Source: Alphaproteobacteria bacterium (GTDB lineage: Bacteria > Pseudomonadota > Alphaproteobacteria > Caedimonadales > UBA9215). From it: 44,888 nucleotides of DNA. Both the position numbers and the translations under genes were made by a program. The notes under the pieces are model-generated. The model had not been told where the DNA came from. It saw only the letters and a list, made by a program, of their open reading frames with translations, and did no database searches. Positions 1 through 9,983 of this stretch are shown in pieces (the stretch's first letter is position 1; each line of letters opens with the position of its first letter). The stretch is taken from contig JAJRPZ010000022.1 in assembly GCA_024280495.1 (NCBI GenBank), positions 1 to 44,888 of the forward strand, given 5' to 3'.

Positions 1-138
1 CCCTGATAATAGTAGCCTCGAGACATTTCAGCAAGTCCACATTATTTGAGGGAGAGCCAAATTCTTTCGTGTGCTTCCGATATGCTTCCGGATGGTTTTT
101 GGTATCTTTGAGGAAAACCGGAAAACCCTTGAAGGAAT

Positions 139-214
139 TGGTGGGCGCTACAGGATTCGAACCTGTGACCCTCTGATTAAAAGTCAGATGCTCTACCAAC
201 TGAGCTAAGCGCCC
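139..214 (-). tRNA. tRNA-Lys (anticodon UUU), CCA encoded
   Basis: The reverse complement folds as a canonical cloverleaf. Acceptor stem gggcgct/agcgccc, D arm gctc/gagc, anticodon stem tctga/tcaga with loop c-t-TTT-a-a, T arm acagg-ttcgaat-cctgt, then discriminator A and CCA. Confidence 0.93.
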
Positions 215-375
215 TAAAGACTTTTGTAACATAATCAATATTATTAACGACGTCAATGTCTGTTTTACTTTTTTTCTATTTTATTTTAGGATTTGAAAGG
301 AGAGGTGTGATATACCTTTTTTAAAGATGCGCAAATAAATTATCATTTCTATTAAATTAAGGCCCAGGCAAAAAT

Positions 376-1320
376 ATGAGCATTATCATTACATTCAAGC
401 AAGATTCTCAACGTTTTGATCGCTGGGTTAAAAAAGAATACCCTCGTGTGGCTTATGGGGAGCTCCAGCGTTGGATTCGCACAGGCCAAATTCGTGTTAA
501 TAAAAAACGCATAAAGACAAGTTTTCAGCTGTCCAAGGGTGATGAAGTGCGTTTTCCACCACAGTTTCAGAACTTGCAAAAAAACTTTGACTTTGATAAT
601 AAACCCACGGGTAACAAAAAAACCAGGACCTTATTGCAAAATAGCATTATTTATGAAGATGAGACCTGTATCATTCTTAATAAGCCCCAAGGACTTGCAG
701 TGCAGGGAGGGACAAACCTTCGAGATTATATTGATCTTTACCTTGCCAATCTTCTTGAAGGGCAGGAGGACATCTTACGCATCACTCATCGCCTAGATAA
801 AGACACGGCAGGCTTGTTGATTTTGGCAAAAACCCAGGATGCAGCTCGCTATTACACCAAAGCATTTCAATCTAGAACTATTCAAAAAACGTATCATGCT
901 GTGATTGTGGGACGTCCTAAAATTTCAGCTGGTACTATTGATATGCCCATTGGCAAGATGATGGGGGCTGAAAAAGAATTGATGTCTGGAAATGCACCAC
1001 ATGTTGACTCTGCGATGACTGATTACAAAACCCTTCATTTTGATAGTCGTTTAAATCTTTCATTATTGAAATTGACGCCTCATTCAGGACGCACTCATCA
1101 GATTCGTGTGCATCTTTTTGAAGGACTTGGGCGGCCCATCTTAGGAGATGGCAAATATGGTGGGAAAGAAGCCCACCCTGACATTGACCTTGAAGATTTG
1201 CCTTTATGTATTAACAGGCTAACCATGAATTTAGCTGCAACAGGCCTTGTTTTTGACAACCCTGATGGTAAACCACTGCGCCTTCAAATTCCCTTACCAG
1301 ATTTTTTCGTCATCCAATAA
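376..1320 (+). CDS. rluC: RluA/RluC-family 23S rRNA pseudouridine synthase with N-terminal S4-like domain
   Basis: 314-aa ORF. Catalytic motif HRLDKDTAGLLILAK and C-terminal GRTHQIRVH motif. The N-terminal part resembles an S4 RNA-binding domain (RVAYGELQRWIRTGQIRVN). Confidence 0.8.
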   Translation: MSIIITFKQDSQRFDRWVKKEYPRVAYGELQRWIRTGQIRVNKKRIKTSFQLSKGDEVRFPPQFQNLQKNFDFDNKPTGNKKTRTLLQNSIIYEDETCIILNKPQGLAVQGGTNLRDYIDLYLANLLEGQEDILRITHRLDKDTAGLLILAKTQDAARYYTKAFQSRTIQKTYHAVIVGRPKISAGTIDMPIGKMMGAEKELMSGNAPHVDSAMTDYKTLHFDSRLNLSLLKLTPHSGRTHQIRVHLFEGLGRPILGDGKYGGKEAHPDIDLEDLPLCINRLTMNLAATGLVFDNPDGKPLRLQIPLPDFFVIQ

Positions 1321-1379
1321 TGAGTTTTGCTTCCTTTTTGGAATGACTGTATTTGCAATCTTCATGAGTGATATTGTCA

Positions 1380-2384
1380 TTATTTTTTGATTTTTGAGAC
1401 ATGATCTACCTTAAGCCCTGCATTAGCACTAGGGTATGGATTTGCCCCCATGCGTTGAAGGATCATACTGATGCGTCTATTTTGAGCAGAAAAAGGATTA
1501 TCCTTAATTAAAGGATCCGTTGCAGCCTTTCCCGTTACATAAATAATACGACCGGGTTTAATGCCAAATTTTAAAAGATAGCGCCTAGCCGCGTTGGAGC
1601 GATCCGATGAAAGTTCCCAGTTGGTATAATTTCGGCGGTTGCGATAAGGTTTAGCATCGGTGTGTCCAGTAACAGAAATCTTATTAGGCAATTTTTTAAC
1701 AATACGCGCCACAAGCCCTAAAAGTTTAATGGTATGGGGAAGAGGTGTGTAATCTCCAATTTTAAACATGGATGTTTTATCCTGGTCCACAATTTGTATA
1801 CGAAGACCCTCTGGTGTCATATCAATAATAAGATTTTTTGCAAGTTCTTTGAGTTCAGGATCTTCTTGAATGGCTTGCTTTAGAGCTTCTTCAACTTCTT
1901 TAAAATTTTCTTTTTCTATTTTTTCAACTTCTTTTTCTTGTTCATTTAAAGAAGCCGATTGAGAAGGATCATTTAAAAGAGACTCGTCGAGGGATTCTGA
2001 AACCAAGGCACTTTTTTGCTCTTTGCCACTTTCATCGGAATTTTCAGGGACATCCTCAAAGGCTTTTTTACCGAAATGCTCTCCATCTGTTTTACCGTCT
2101 CCCCTTGAAATATCATCCTCCATAAGGCCTTCACTGGAAATGGTGAGACCAGCTAAAACGCCACCGCTCCCCCCAGCCCCTGTTAACTCTCCAGCTGGGC
2201 CAAAATAATTTGAAATTCCCCGTTTTTGTTCTTCTGACGTTGAACTTAATAGCCACATCATTAAGAAAAAAGCCATCATGGCCGTTACAAAGTCAGCATA
2301 GGCAACTTTCCAGGCACCACCATGGTGACCGCCGCCACTGACTTTTTTTACTCTTTTAATAATAGGACGGATTTCATCGACCAT
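1380..2384 (-). CDS. motB: Flagellar motor stator protein MotB (OmpA-like C-terminal domain)
   Basis: N-terminal WKVAYADFVTAMMAFFLMMW transmembrane/plug segment with the conserved Asp. C-terminal OmpA-like peptidoglycan-binding region (GHTD...NWELSSDRSNAARRYL). Lies 21 nt downstream of motA. Confidence 0.85.
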   Translation of the reverse strand: MVDEIRPIIKRVKKVSGGGHHGGAWKVAYADFVTAMMAFFLMMWLLSSTSEEQKRGISNYFGPAGELTGAGGSGGVLAGLTISSEGLMEDDISRGDGKTDGEHFGKKAFEDVPENSDESGKEQKSALVSESLDESLLNDPSQSASLNEQEKEVEKIEKENFKEVEEALKQAIQEDPELKELAKNLIIDMTPEGLRIQIVDQDKTSMFKIGDYTPLPHTIKLLGLVARIVKKLPNKISVTGHTDAKPYRNRRNYTNWELSSDRSNAARRYLLKFGIKPGRIIYVTGKAATDPLIKDNPFSAQNRRISMILQRMGANPYPSANAGLKVDHVSKIKK

Positions 2385-2405
2385 GAGATATAGTATTATC
2401 CTTTT

Positions 2406-3269
2406 TTATACTTTAGGTAAATTTTCAAGTTTTTCTTCAACGTCATAAAAGCTGGGTCGTTGATGTGACATAAGGGATTTTCTAGCAAATTCAAGGGCTA
2501 TGGCAGGAGCATAACCATTCAGGTAAGCTAGCAATCCGATTTTAACACAAGCCAGCATTTTAGAATCTTCTTCATAAACACCTTCTAAATTATGGCCGAT
2601 GGGGCCGACAATACCGTACGCCAAAAACACACCAAGAAATGTACCAACAAGGGCGGAGCCAATCATTTTTCCTAAGATTTCGGGGGGTTGATCAATGGCA
2701 GCCATGGTTTTAATAATACCCAAAACCGCAGCCACAATACCCAGTGCAGGTAAACCATCACCTAAGTTCGAAAAAATGCCAGCAATTTGATGGTCTTCTT
2801 TGTGGTGGACTTCTAGTTCTTCGTTCATGAGATCTTCCATTTGCATGGGATCATCGGATCCCATGGTCATCATACGCAAGTAATCACAAATGAAATCAAT
2901 GATATGATGATCGGCCAAAATGGTGGGGAAATTCTTGAAAATTTCACTTTCTTTGGGGTTTTCCACATGGGCTTCAAGGGCCAGCATGCCTTTTGATTTA
3001 GCCAATTTAAAAATCATATAGAGGAGGCATAAAAGATCTAAATAATCTTCTTTTTTATAGGACGGACCAGAAATGACTTTTTTGAGACCATTGCCTATTT
3101 CACCGAGGGCTTTTTTTGTATTGGCGATCATCATAGCACCAATGGCAGATCCACCAATAATGCCAAGCTCAACGGGGAGGGCTTTCAGGATAATCATAAT
3201 ATTACCGCCAGCCAGCATATAGATAACGAAAACACAGATAAAAACAACGGCAACGCCTGGAATAAACAC
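2406..3269 (-). CDS. motA: Flagellar motor stator protein MotA (proton channel)
   Basis: 287 aa with four predicted TM segments. MotA/TolQ/ExbB-type C-terminal half (GLPALGIVAAVLGIIKTM...GSALVGTFLGVFLAYG). GTG start; N-terminal length matches E. coli MotA. Confidence 0.85.
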   Translation of the reverse strand: MFIPGVAVVFICVFVIYMLAGGNIMIILKALPVELGIIGGSAIGAMMIANTKKALGEIGNGLKKVISGPSYKKEDYLDLLCLLYMIFKLAKSKGMLALEAHVENPKESEIFKNFPTILADHHIIDFICDYLRMMTMGSDDPMQMEDLMNEELEVHHKEDHQIAGIFSNLGDGLPALGIVAAVLGIIKTMAAIDQPPEILGKMIGSALVGTFLGVFLAYGIVGPIGHNLEGVYEEDSKMLACVKIGLLAYLNGYAPAIALEFARKSLMSHQRPSFYDVEEKLENLPKV

Positions 3270-3399
3270 TGATTTTTTTTCCTGTTAAAAACAACTTGTC
3301 TTTAAGTGTAGCTTGTTTTTTTAGGAGCTAGAAGCCTCATTTCAGTGTTTTATTTAATTGTTTAGTTGTATGATAAATAAATCCAATATAATCAAACAG

Positions 3400-4770
3400 T
3401 TATATTTTAACAGGATCAATAAAAGATTCAGAAACAAGGGCGTCTGCTATTTTTTGTAGAATAGGTGCCATTTGTTTTTCATCTTCATGCTCGACCATGA
3501 GGCGAATAAGGGGTTCAGTTCCAGATTTACGTACCAGAATACGGCCTTTACCATCAATTTCTTCCTCAAGACCAGCGATGGTATCCGTAATAATTTTAGA
3601 ATCCATGGGATCGCCATTCTTGAATAGAAAACTGACAAGTCTTTGGGGCATTTTTTCAAAAACTCGACAAATGTGGCTAGCTTTTAAAGCGCTGTTTTCT
3701 CTTTTCGCGTCCACCAAAGCCGATAAAATCTGTAATCCTGCAACGAGGCCGTCCCCTGTTCTTGCAACATCAGATAAAATAACATGTCCAGATTGTTCCC
3801 CCCCAATATTACATTGGTTTGTGCGCATGTATTCACCAACTGCTCTGTCACCAACAGAAGTTCTAACGAGAGTAAGGTCTAAACTTTTAAGATATTTTGC
3901 AATGCCAATATTCGACATAACAGTGCCCACAACTGCCCCCCCCTTGAGGGTTCCTTTTTTATGCATATTAGTGGCAATTAAGGCCATTATTTGATCTCCA
4001 TCAATGAGCTGACCTCTTTCATCACAGGCAATGATACGATCGGCATCCCCGTCAAGGGCAATGCCAATGTCTGCTTCGTGCTCTAAAACTGTTTCACATA
4101 AGGTTTTTGTGGAAACGGCACCAACACCTCTATTAATATTAAGGCCATCAGGTGAGATGCCAATGGAGATGACTTCTGCGCCTAGTTCCCAAAGGACTTT
4201 AGGCGCAACACGGTAGGCAGCACCGTGTGCACAATCTATAACTATTTTTAAACCATCAAATCGAATGTGAGAGGCAACGGAATTTTTGACAAATTCAATA
4301 TAACGACCAGCAGAACCTTCTAGGTAAATTGCTTTTCCTATGGTATCGGGAGTGGCGTATTCATATTTTTTTGAAAAAACTTTTTCTTCAATTTCAACTT
4401 CTTTTTCCGTATCCAGCTTATAGCCGTCAGGACCGAAAAATTTAATACCATTATCGTGATAAGGGTTGTGAGAAGCAGAAATCATGACCCCAAGGTCAGC
4501 GCGCATGGAACGGGTGAGCATAGAAATAGCAGGGGTTGGTAAAACTCCAACGAAAATAACATTCATCCCCATGGAAATAAAACCAGCCCCGAGGGCTTGC
4601 TCTATCATATAACAGGAAAGACGTGTATCTTTCCCGATAACTACAGTATGGCGGTGCTCACCATTTTGAAAAACATGACCTGCTGCCATGGCGACTTGCA
4701 TCATCATATCTGGGGTCATAGGGGCAGTATTTGCGCGACCGCGGATGCCGTCCGTACCAAAAAGTTTCAT
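3400..4770 (-). CDS. glmM: Phosphoglucosamine mutase
   Basis: MKLFGTDGIRG N-terminus, active-site SASHNPYHDNGIKFF, Mg-binding ALDGDADR, and GEQSGH motif. Confidence 0.95.
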   Translation of the reverse strand: MKLFGTDGIRGRANTAPMTPDMMMQVAMAAGHVFQNGEHRHTVVIGKDTRLSCYMIEQALGAGFISMGMNVIFVGVLPTPAISMLTRSMRADLGVMISASHNPYHDNGIKFFGPDGYKLDTEKEVEIEEKVFSKKYEYATPDTIGKAIYLEGSAGRYIEFVKNSVASHIRFDGLKIVIDCAHGAAYRVAPKVLWELGAEVISIGISPDGLNINRGVGAVSTKTLCETVLEHEADIGIALDGDADRIIACDERGQLIDGDQIMALIATNMHKKGTLKGGAVVGTVMSNIGIAKYLKSLDLTLVRTSVGDRAVGEYMRTNQCNIGGEQSGHVILSDVARTGDGLVAGLQILSALVDAKRENSALKASHICRVFEKMPQRLVSFLFKNGDPMDSKIITDTIAGLEEEIDGKGRILVRKSGTEPLIRLMVEHEDEKQMAPILQKIADALVSESFIDPVKI

Positions 4771-4833
4771 AGGGTGCTCACTATTTTTTCATAGGTGTTA
4801 TACTTTAACATATAATTTAAAATATAGTCATTA

Positions 4834-5712
4834 TTAGGGCCATTTGACTTCTGGGGGCATGGACATAAGAATGCCCTCCACATTGCCACCTGTTTTAAGA
4901 CCAAACGTGGTGCCTCTATCATATAACAGATTAAATTCCACATAACGACCACGGCGTACAAGAAGATGCTCACGTTCTTCTTGGGTCCAGGAGGTCATCA
5001 TACGACGGCGAACAATTTCAGGGTAGGCATTCAAAAAAGCACGGCCCACATCCTTTGTAAAGTCAAAGTCATCTTGTTTATTTTTCGTATCGAGGTAATC
5101 ATAAAAAATACCACCAATACCGCGGGGTTCATTGCGATGTTTTAAGAAAAAATACTCGTCACACCACTTTTTAAATTTGGGGTAATACTTTGGATCATGG
5201 GCATTGCAGGCTTTTTCATAGGCCAAATGAAATGTTTTATTATCTTGCTCGTGGGGAAAATAAGGAGTGAGGTCTCCCCCGCCACCAAACCAACTTTTTT
5301 CAGCGGTCACAATATGACGCGTATTCATGTGCACGGCAGGTACATGAGGGTTTTTCATATGTGCCACAAGGGAAATACCACTGGCCCAAAAGGACGGATC
5401 ATTTTCTGTTCCTGGAATTTGTTTTTTAAACTCATGGGAAAACTCACCATGAACCGTTGAAATATTCACACCGATTTTTTCAAAAACATTACCCTTCATC
5501 AGGCCAATAACACCTCCGCCTCCTTCTGAGCGATTCCATGGTGTAAGCTCGAATGTTCCAGGAGTTGAAAGTCCTTTTGCGACAGCGTATTCTTCTTCGA
5601 TTTTCTCAAAAGAGTGCACAATTTGGTCTCGTAAATTTTCAAACCACGCCGACGCACTATCTTTAAAATCAATAATTTGTTTGCTTTCTTCTTTTTTTAA
5701 AAGAGCTGTCAT
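4834..5712 (-). CDS. hemF: Oxygen-dependent coproporphyrinogen III oxidase
   Basis: 292 aa with HemF signatures: [32 protein letters not shown], and the C-terminal SMPPEVKW. Confidence 0.93.
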   Translation of the reverse strand: MTALLKKEESKQIIDFKDSASAWFENLRDQIVHSFEKIEEEYAVAKGLSTPGTFELTPWNRSEGGGGVIGLMKGNVFEKIGVNISTVHGEFSHEFKKQIPGTENDPSFWASGISLVAHMKNPHVPAVHMNTRHIVTAEKSWFGGGGDLTPYFPHEQDNKTFHLAYEKACNAHDPKYYPKFKKWCDEYFFLKHRNEPRGIGGIFYDYLDTKNKQDDFDFTKDVGRAFLNAYPEIVRRRMMTSWTQEEREHLLVRRGRYVEFNLLYDRGTTFGLKTGGNVEGILMSMPPEVKWP

Positions 5713-5744
5713 TTTTTACTCCTAAGTTTATTAATCCCATTAAG

Positions 5745-6197
5745 TCATCCCCTGGTTTGTCTCAGGGCCTCTCCCAAAACAAGGGCACCCGCAATGGCGA
5801 CATTCATAGAACGGGTTCCGTCACACATGGGGATAGTGAGCTGATGAGCGATTGTATCAGTAATATCAAGAGGAATACCATCGCTTTCACGCCCCAGCAA
5901 CAGTGTATCATTTTCTTTAAATTCAAAATCTAAATAAGATGTTTTTGCATGGGGAGAGAGATAGACAAGTCGACGTTTTTTTATTTGGCAATAGTCATTA
6001 AAGTGATCCCAGGAAAGATGGCGTTTATAATGGGCAAGATCTAAATAGTCCATACCAGCACGCTTTAGGCGTCTATCGCTGAGACCAAAACCACAAGGGT
6101 CAATGATATCAAGTGTAATCCCAAGGCAAGCAGCAGTGCGCAATAGAGTTCCTGTGTTTTGAGGAATTTCCGGTTGAAATTGAGCAAGATGAATCAT
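5745..6197 (-). CDS. trmL: SpoU/TrmL-type tRNA (cytidine/uridine-2'-O)-methyltransferase
   Basis: 150 aa, SPOUT fold size. Motifs NTGTLLRTAA, LLLGRESDG and SMNVAIAGALVLGE. Confidence 0.82.
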   Translation of the reverse strand: MIHLAQFQPEIPQNTGTLLRTAACLGITLDIIDPCGFGLSDRRLKRAGMDYLDLAHYKRHLSWDHFNDYCQIKKRRLVYLSPHAKTSYLDFEFKENDTLLLGRESDGIPLDITDTIAHQLTIPMCDGTRSMNVAIAGALVLGEALRQTRG

Positions 6198-6209
6198 ATG
6201 ACGTAAACT

Positions 6210-6920
6210 TTATTCTTTTGGGGCTATTTGATCAATGAGGGTTTCTAAAGCTTGACGCTCTAAGCTTTTATATCCCACCACTTTTTTCTTTTTAATTTTT
6301 GTTTTGTTAGGCCCTGCTTTGGGGCTGGATAGACTTTTAACAAGGTCTTCAGGGGAGCGTTTTTCCTTGACTAATTTAGCTTTGCCATACATATGATTTA
6401 AAAGTCTCTTTGGAAAAAAATCATGGGGGATCAAATAAGAGTGCGCTGATTTTGCTACTGCATTCACAACGGGAAGAAGTTTTGCTGTTTGCATGGCATA
6501 GGGTGTTTTTCCAGGTTGATAAAACATTAAGGTACCCCAATAAAGACCAATGAGTAAAACGACAGCCCTAAAAGAACCAGAAATAATACCAAGGGTTCGG
6601 TCAAGGCCGCTTAGAACACTTTGACGTACAAGTCCCGATATTTTTTTTGCCAGAAATACCAGAAGAATCAGAGATAAAACAAAAATGATAAATCCCAAAA
6701 CGATATCTGCAAAAAAGGGTTCAGAAATATAGTTACGTATATAGGGTTGTGCCAGTGGAAAAAAGGCTTTGGTGGATGCAATGGCTCCAAGCCATGTTAA
6801 AAGGCTCAAAATATCATTGGTGAATCCACGAACAACACCAATGATAATAAAGAGTAAGAAACTGCCTGCTATAATGAAATCAACATAACTAACCGACGAT
6901 AATATTTGTGTGTTTTCCAT
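6210..6920 (-). CDS. cvpA: CvpA-family membrane protein (colicin V production protein homologue)
   Basis: Four N-terminal TM helices with the typical start (DFIIAGSFLLFIIIGVVRGF). Sits directly downstream of radA, as in many proteobacteria. Has a basic C-terminal tail. Confidence 0.72.
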   Translation of the reverse strand: MENTQILSSVSYVDFIIAGSFLLFIIIGVVRGFTNDILSLLTWLGAIASTKAFFPLAQPYIRNYISEPFFADIVLGFIIFVLSLILLVFLAKKISGLVRQSVLSGLDRTLGIISGSFRAVVLLIGLYWGTLMFYQPGKTPYAMQTAKLLPVVNAVAKSAHSYLIPHDFFPKRLLNHMYGKAKLVKEKRSPEDLVKSLSSPKAGPNKTKIKKKKVVGYKSLERQALETLIDQIAPKE

Positions 6921-6943
6921 ATCTTTTCCTTAATTTTTCTCTC

Positions 6944-8353
6944 TTAACTGGCTTTTTTCGAAGAGGAATTATTTTGCACACTATCACTATATTTAGGGAC
7001 TTTAAAGAGGCTCGCTAATTCTGATAAAGCTTTTAATTTTGAGACTTGCAAACCATCGGTTCCATTGATTTTTACTTTATTAGATCCTTGATGGGGAATA
7101 TAAACGCTCTTAAAGCCTAATTTTTTAGCCTCTTTCAAACGTGCGTCTAAATGAGTAACCCCGCGCACTTCACCTGACAATCCCACTTCACCACAAAATA
7201 AAGATGCCTTTGGTAAGGGGGTATCACAAAGGGCTGAAATCAAGGCTGCTGCAACTGCAAGATCGGCTGCGGGTTCTTGAGTGCGAAGACCACCAGCAAT
7301 ATTTAAATAAACATCTCGGTTAGAAAGATTCACGCTACACCTTGTTTCAAGAACGGCCAACAACATGGCTAGGCGATTGGTATCCCACCCCACAACAGAG
7401 CGTCTTGGCGTTCCAAAAGACGTTGGAGCAACCAAAGCTTGCACTTCTAATAATATAGGTCTCGTCCCTTCAATACCAGCAAACACAACTGATCCACTGA
7501 TTTGTTCTTCACGCTCACTGATAAAAAGTGAACTGGGATTTAGGACTTCTTGGAGCCCTTTTTGGGTCATTTCAAAAACACCAATTTCATCGGTGGCTCC
7601 AAAGCGATTTTTCACACCTCGTAAGATTCTGAACTGATGTCCTCGTTCGCCTTCGAAATATAAAACCGCATCCACCATGTGCTCTAAAACCCGTGGTCCC
7701 GCAATGGTCCCTTCTTTGGTAACATGTCCCACGATCACAATAATGATATGACGTTTTTTAGCAAATTTAATAAGAGCTTGTGTGCAAAAACGCACCTGAC
7801 TCACACTACCAGGGGCAGCAGCGATACTATCTGCATGCATGGTTTGAATGGAATCAATGACGACAAGCCCTGCTTTCGTATGCTCAAGGGAGGTTAATAT
7901 GTCATTCAAGGACGTTGCTGATGCTAAATGCACCTTGGAATCTCTCACTCCCAGGCGCTCGGCACGCATGCGAACTTGATTAATGGCTTCTTCTCCAGAA
8001 ATGTAATACACATCCATATCTTTTGATAATTTAGCAGTGACTTGTAGTAATAGCGTTGACTTCCCTATACCAGGGTCCCCGCCCACAAGAACCACTGAAC
8101 CTGCCACAAGTCCTCCGCCACAAACACGATCAAATTCTGCGATGTGGCTCAGGAATCGAGGGGGGTTATCGCAAACCGATGATAAATCTGTGAATGCTAA
8201 GGAGGCTCCTTTAGGGATTTTATGAAAGGAAGAGGCTTCTTCTAATTCTTCCGTTAGGGTGTTCCATTCTTCACAGGATTGGCATTGACCGCTCCATTTA
8301 GGTTGGCTACCACCACACCCCTGGCAGACATAACGAACTTTTGATTTTGCCAT
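6944..8353 (-). CDS. radA: DNA repair protein RadA/Sms
   Basis: N-terminal zinc finger CQGCGGSQPKWSGQCQSCEEWNT, Walker A GDPGIGKST, RadA-specific KNRFG motif, and a Lon-like C-terminal domain. Confidence 0.95.
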   Translation of the reverse strand: MAKSKVRYVCQGCGGSQPKWSGQCQSCEEWNTLTEELEEASSFHKIPKGASLAFTDLSSVCDNPPRFLSHIAEFDRVCGGGLVAGSVVLVGGDPGIGKSTLLLQVTAKLSKDMDVYYISGEEAINQVRMRAERLGVRDSKVHLASATSLNDILTSLEHTKAGLVVIDSIQTMHADSIAAAPGSVSQVRFCTQALIKFAKKRHIIIVIVGHVTKEGTIAGPRVLEHMVDAVLYFEGERGHQFRILRGVKNRFGATDEIGVFEMTQKGLQEVLNPSSLFISEREEQISGSVVFAGIEGTRPILLEVQALVAPTSFGTPRRSVVGWDTNRLAMLLAVLETRCSVNLSNRDVYLNIAGGLRTQEPAADLAVAAALISALCDTPLPKASLFCGEVGLSGEVRGVTHLDARLKEAKKLGFKSVYIPHQGSNKVKINGTDGLQVSKLKALSELASLFKVPKYSDSVQNNSSSKKAS

Positions 8354-8358
8354 ATTCT

Positions 8359-9141
8359 TTAAACCTGTAATTGAATGGGGCCATCGCTTTGGCCGTGAAT
8401 AAATTGATGCACAAAAGGATTATCCGTTGTGTCTAACTCTTTTGTGGTACCAATCCAAATGAGCTTTCCCAAATAAAGCATTCCAACTCGATCGGCAATG
8501 CGCCTGGCACTGTTCATATCGTGGGTAATGGAAACGGCCGTTGCCCCTAATTCCTGAACATTTTTGCGGATCAAATCATCAATGACACTCCCCATAATAG
8601 GGTCTAATCCCGTTGTGGGTTCATCAAAGAAAATAATCTCAGGGCTGGACGCCACTGCCCGTGCCAAAGCGACGCGACGCAGCATTCCCCCCGATAACTC
8701 AGAAGGATATAATTCAGCGACTTCTTTATTAAGGCCCACGGTGGGAAGGGATTTTGCAGCAAATTTTTTAGCTTCGGTTCTGGTCATTTTGTTGGTTTGC
8801 AGCGCTAAAAAACAAATATTTTCCCAAACGGGTAAACTATCAAAGAGGGCGTTACCTTGAAAAAGCATACTGATTTTCTGACGCGCTTTTCTTATGTCTT
8901 CTTTGGGTCCCTTGATTACATCCACTCCAGAAATATATATTTCACTGCCAGCATCTGGATCCATCAATCCTAAAATACATTTCAATAAAACCGATTTTCC
9001 AGACCCTGATCCTCCAATAATTAAAAAAGATTCTCCTTCATAAATGTCAAGGGTAATATCACGCAAGACATGATTTGATCCAAAGGTTTTGGAAACATTC
9101 TTAAGGCGAATAATCGGTTTTTTTGTGTGTATTTCCGTCAT
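8359..9141 (-). CDS. mlaF: ABC transporter ATP-binding protein, MlaF-like
   Basis: Walker A GGSGSGKS, signature LSGGMLRRVALARA, Walker B IIFFDEPT. Lies 12 nt downstream of an MlaE-type permease gene. Confidence 0.8.
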   Translation of the reverse strand: MTEIHTKKPIIRLKNVSKTFGSNHVLRDITLDIYEGESFLIIGGSGSGKSVLLKCILGLMDPDAGSEIYISGVDVIKGPKEDIRKARQKISMLFQGNALFDSLPVWENICFLALQTNKMTRTEAKKFAAKSLPTVGLNKEVAELYPSELSGGMLRRVALARAVASSPEIIFFDEPTTGLDPIMGSVIDDLIRKNVQELGATAVSITHDMNSARRIADRVGMLYLGKLIWIGTTKELDTTDNPFVHQFIHGQSDGPIQLQV

Positions 9142-9153
9142 TTTTTTTAGGTC

Positions 9154-9969
9154 CTAAAAAAACAAAGCCGTTAGAAAATAGTTGGTGATCAAAATCAAAA
9201 TAGAAGCAGAGACGACGGCTTTAGTTGTGGCCGCTCCCACCCCTTGAGCGCCACCTTTAGAGTGATATCCATGATAACACCCCATAAGGGCAATGATAAA
9301 ACCAAAGGCCGCTGCTTTCACAAGACCTAAAACAATGTCACGCACTTCAAGGAATTTTACCGTTTGGTGAAGGTAATTGCTGGCATTGAAATCTAACTGA
9401 TAAACAGAGACAATATACCCTCCCATAATCCCAATGATATCACCGATGAACACAAGGCAAGGCAGCATTAAAAGAGCTGCAATTAAGCGTGGCGCCACAA
9501 GATATTTCAGGGGGTTCGTCGACAAAGTGGTTAACGCATCGATTTGTTCTGTCACGCGCATGGTTCCTATTTCTGCAGCCATGGCGGCGCCCACACGCCC
9601 TGCAACCATAAGCCCCGCTAAAACGGGAGCTAATTCTCGCGTTACTGATAAAACAACCACAGTTGCAACGGCGCCTTCTGCTGAAAATCTCGAAAATCCA
9701 GTATAACTTTGTAGGGCTAAAACCATCCCCGTAAAGAGTGCCGTTAGCCCAACAACAGGCAGGGAATTATAGCCAATCTCCCAAAATTGCTTTGCATACT
9801 GGCGCCCATAATAAGGGGGAGTGAAGGCTGAAAAAAAAGAAGATAGTGCAAAAAGTTTAAGACGCCCTACATAGGCTAAAAAACCAAGGGCTGTACGACC
9901 AATAGAGCCTAAAAACACATTAAAAAAACAGTTAAAAGGATGAAAAAGACGCGCTACTATTGTCATCAT
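9154..9969 (-). CDS. mlaE: ABC transporter permease, MlaE-like
   Basis: 271-aa polytopic membrane protein with MlaE/YrbE-type motifs: VTRELAPVLAGLMVAGRVGAAMAAEIGTMRVTEQIDAL. Confidence 0.8.
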   Translation of the reverse strand: MMTIVARLFHPFNCFFNVFLGSIGRTALGFLAYVGRLKLFALSSFFSAFTPPYYGRQYAKQFWEIGYNSLPVVGLTALFTGMVLALQSYTGFSRFSAEGAVATVVVLSVTRELAPVLAGLMVAGRVGAAMAAEIGTMRVTEQIDALTTLSTNPLKYLVAPRLIAALLMLPCLVFIGDIIGIMGGYIVSVYQLDFNASNYLHQTVKFLEVRDIVLGLVKAAAFGFIIALMGCYHGYHSKGGAQGVGAATTKAVVSASILILITNYFLTALFF

Positions 9970-9983
9970 ACTATAAATATTTC

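Noticed and set aside
1-175. Open reading frame at the left window edge (plus frame 3), and a minus-strand frame that stays open to the window start.
   Set aside because: The plus frame reads straight through the tRNA-Lys gene. The minus frame has no start codon and no motif I recognise. I checked for an integrase next to the tRNA 3' end and could not support one.
3497-3994. Long antisense ORFs inside well-supported genes. Examples: 3497..3994 (+) in glmM, 31584..32084 (+) in pgk, 24252..24659 (-) in pepA, 12517..12837 (+) in cydB, and 22467..22790 (-) in rnr.
   Set aside because: Each is fully nested in or opposite a gene with unmistakable conserved motifs. Their translations are Ser/Pro/Arg-rich or otherwise shadow-like, with no motifs.
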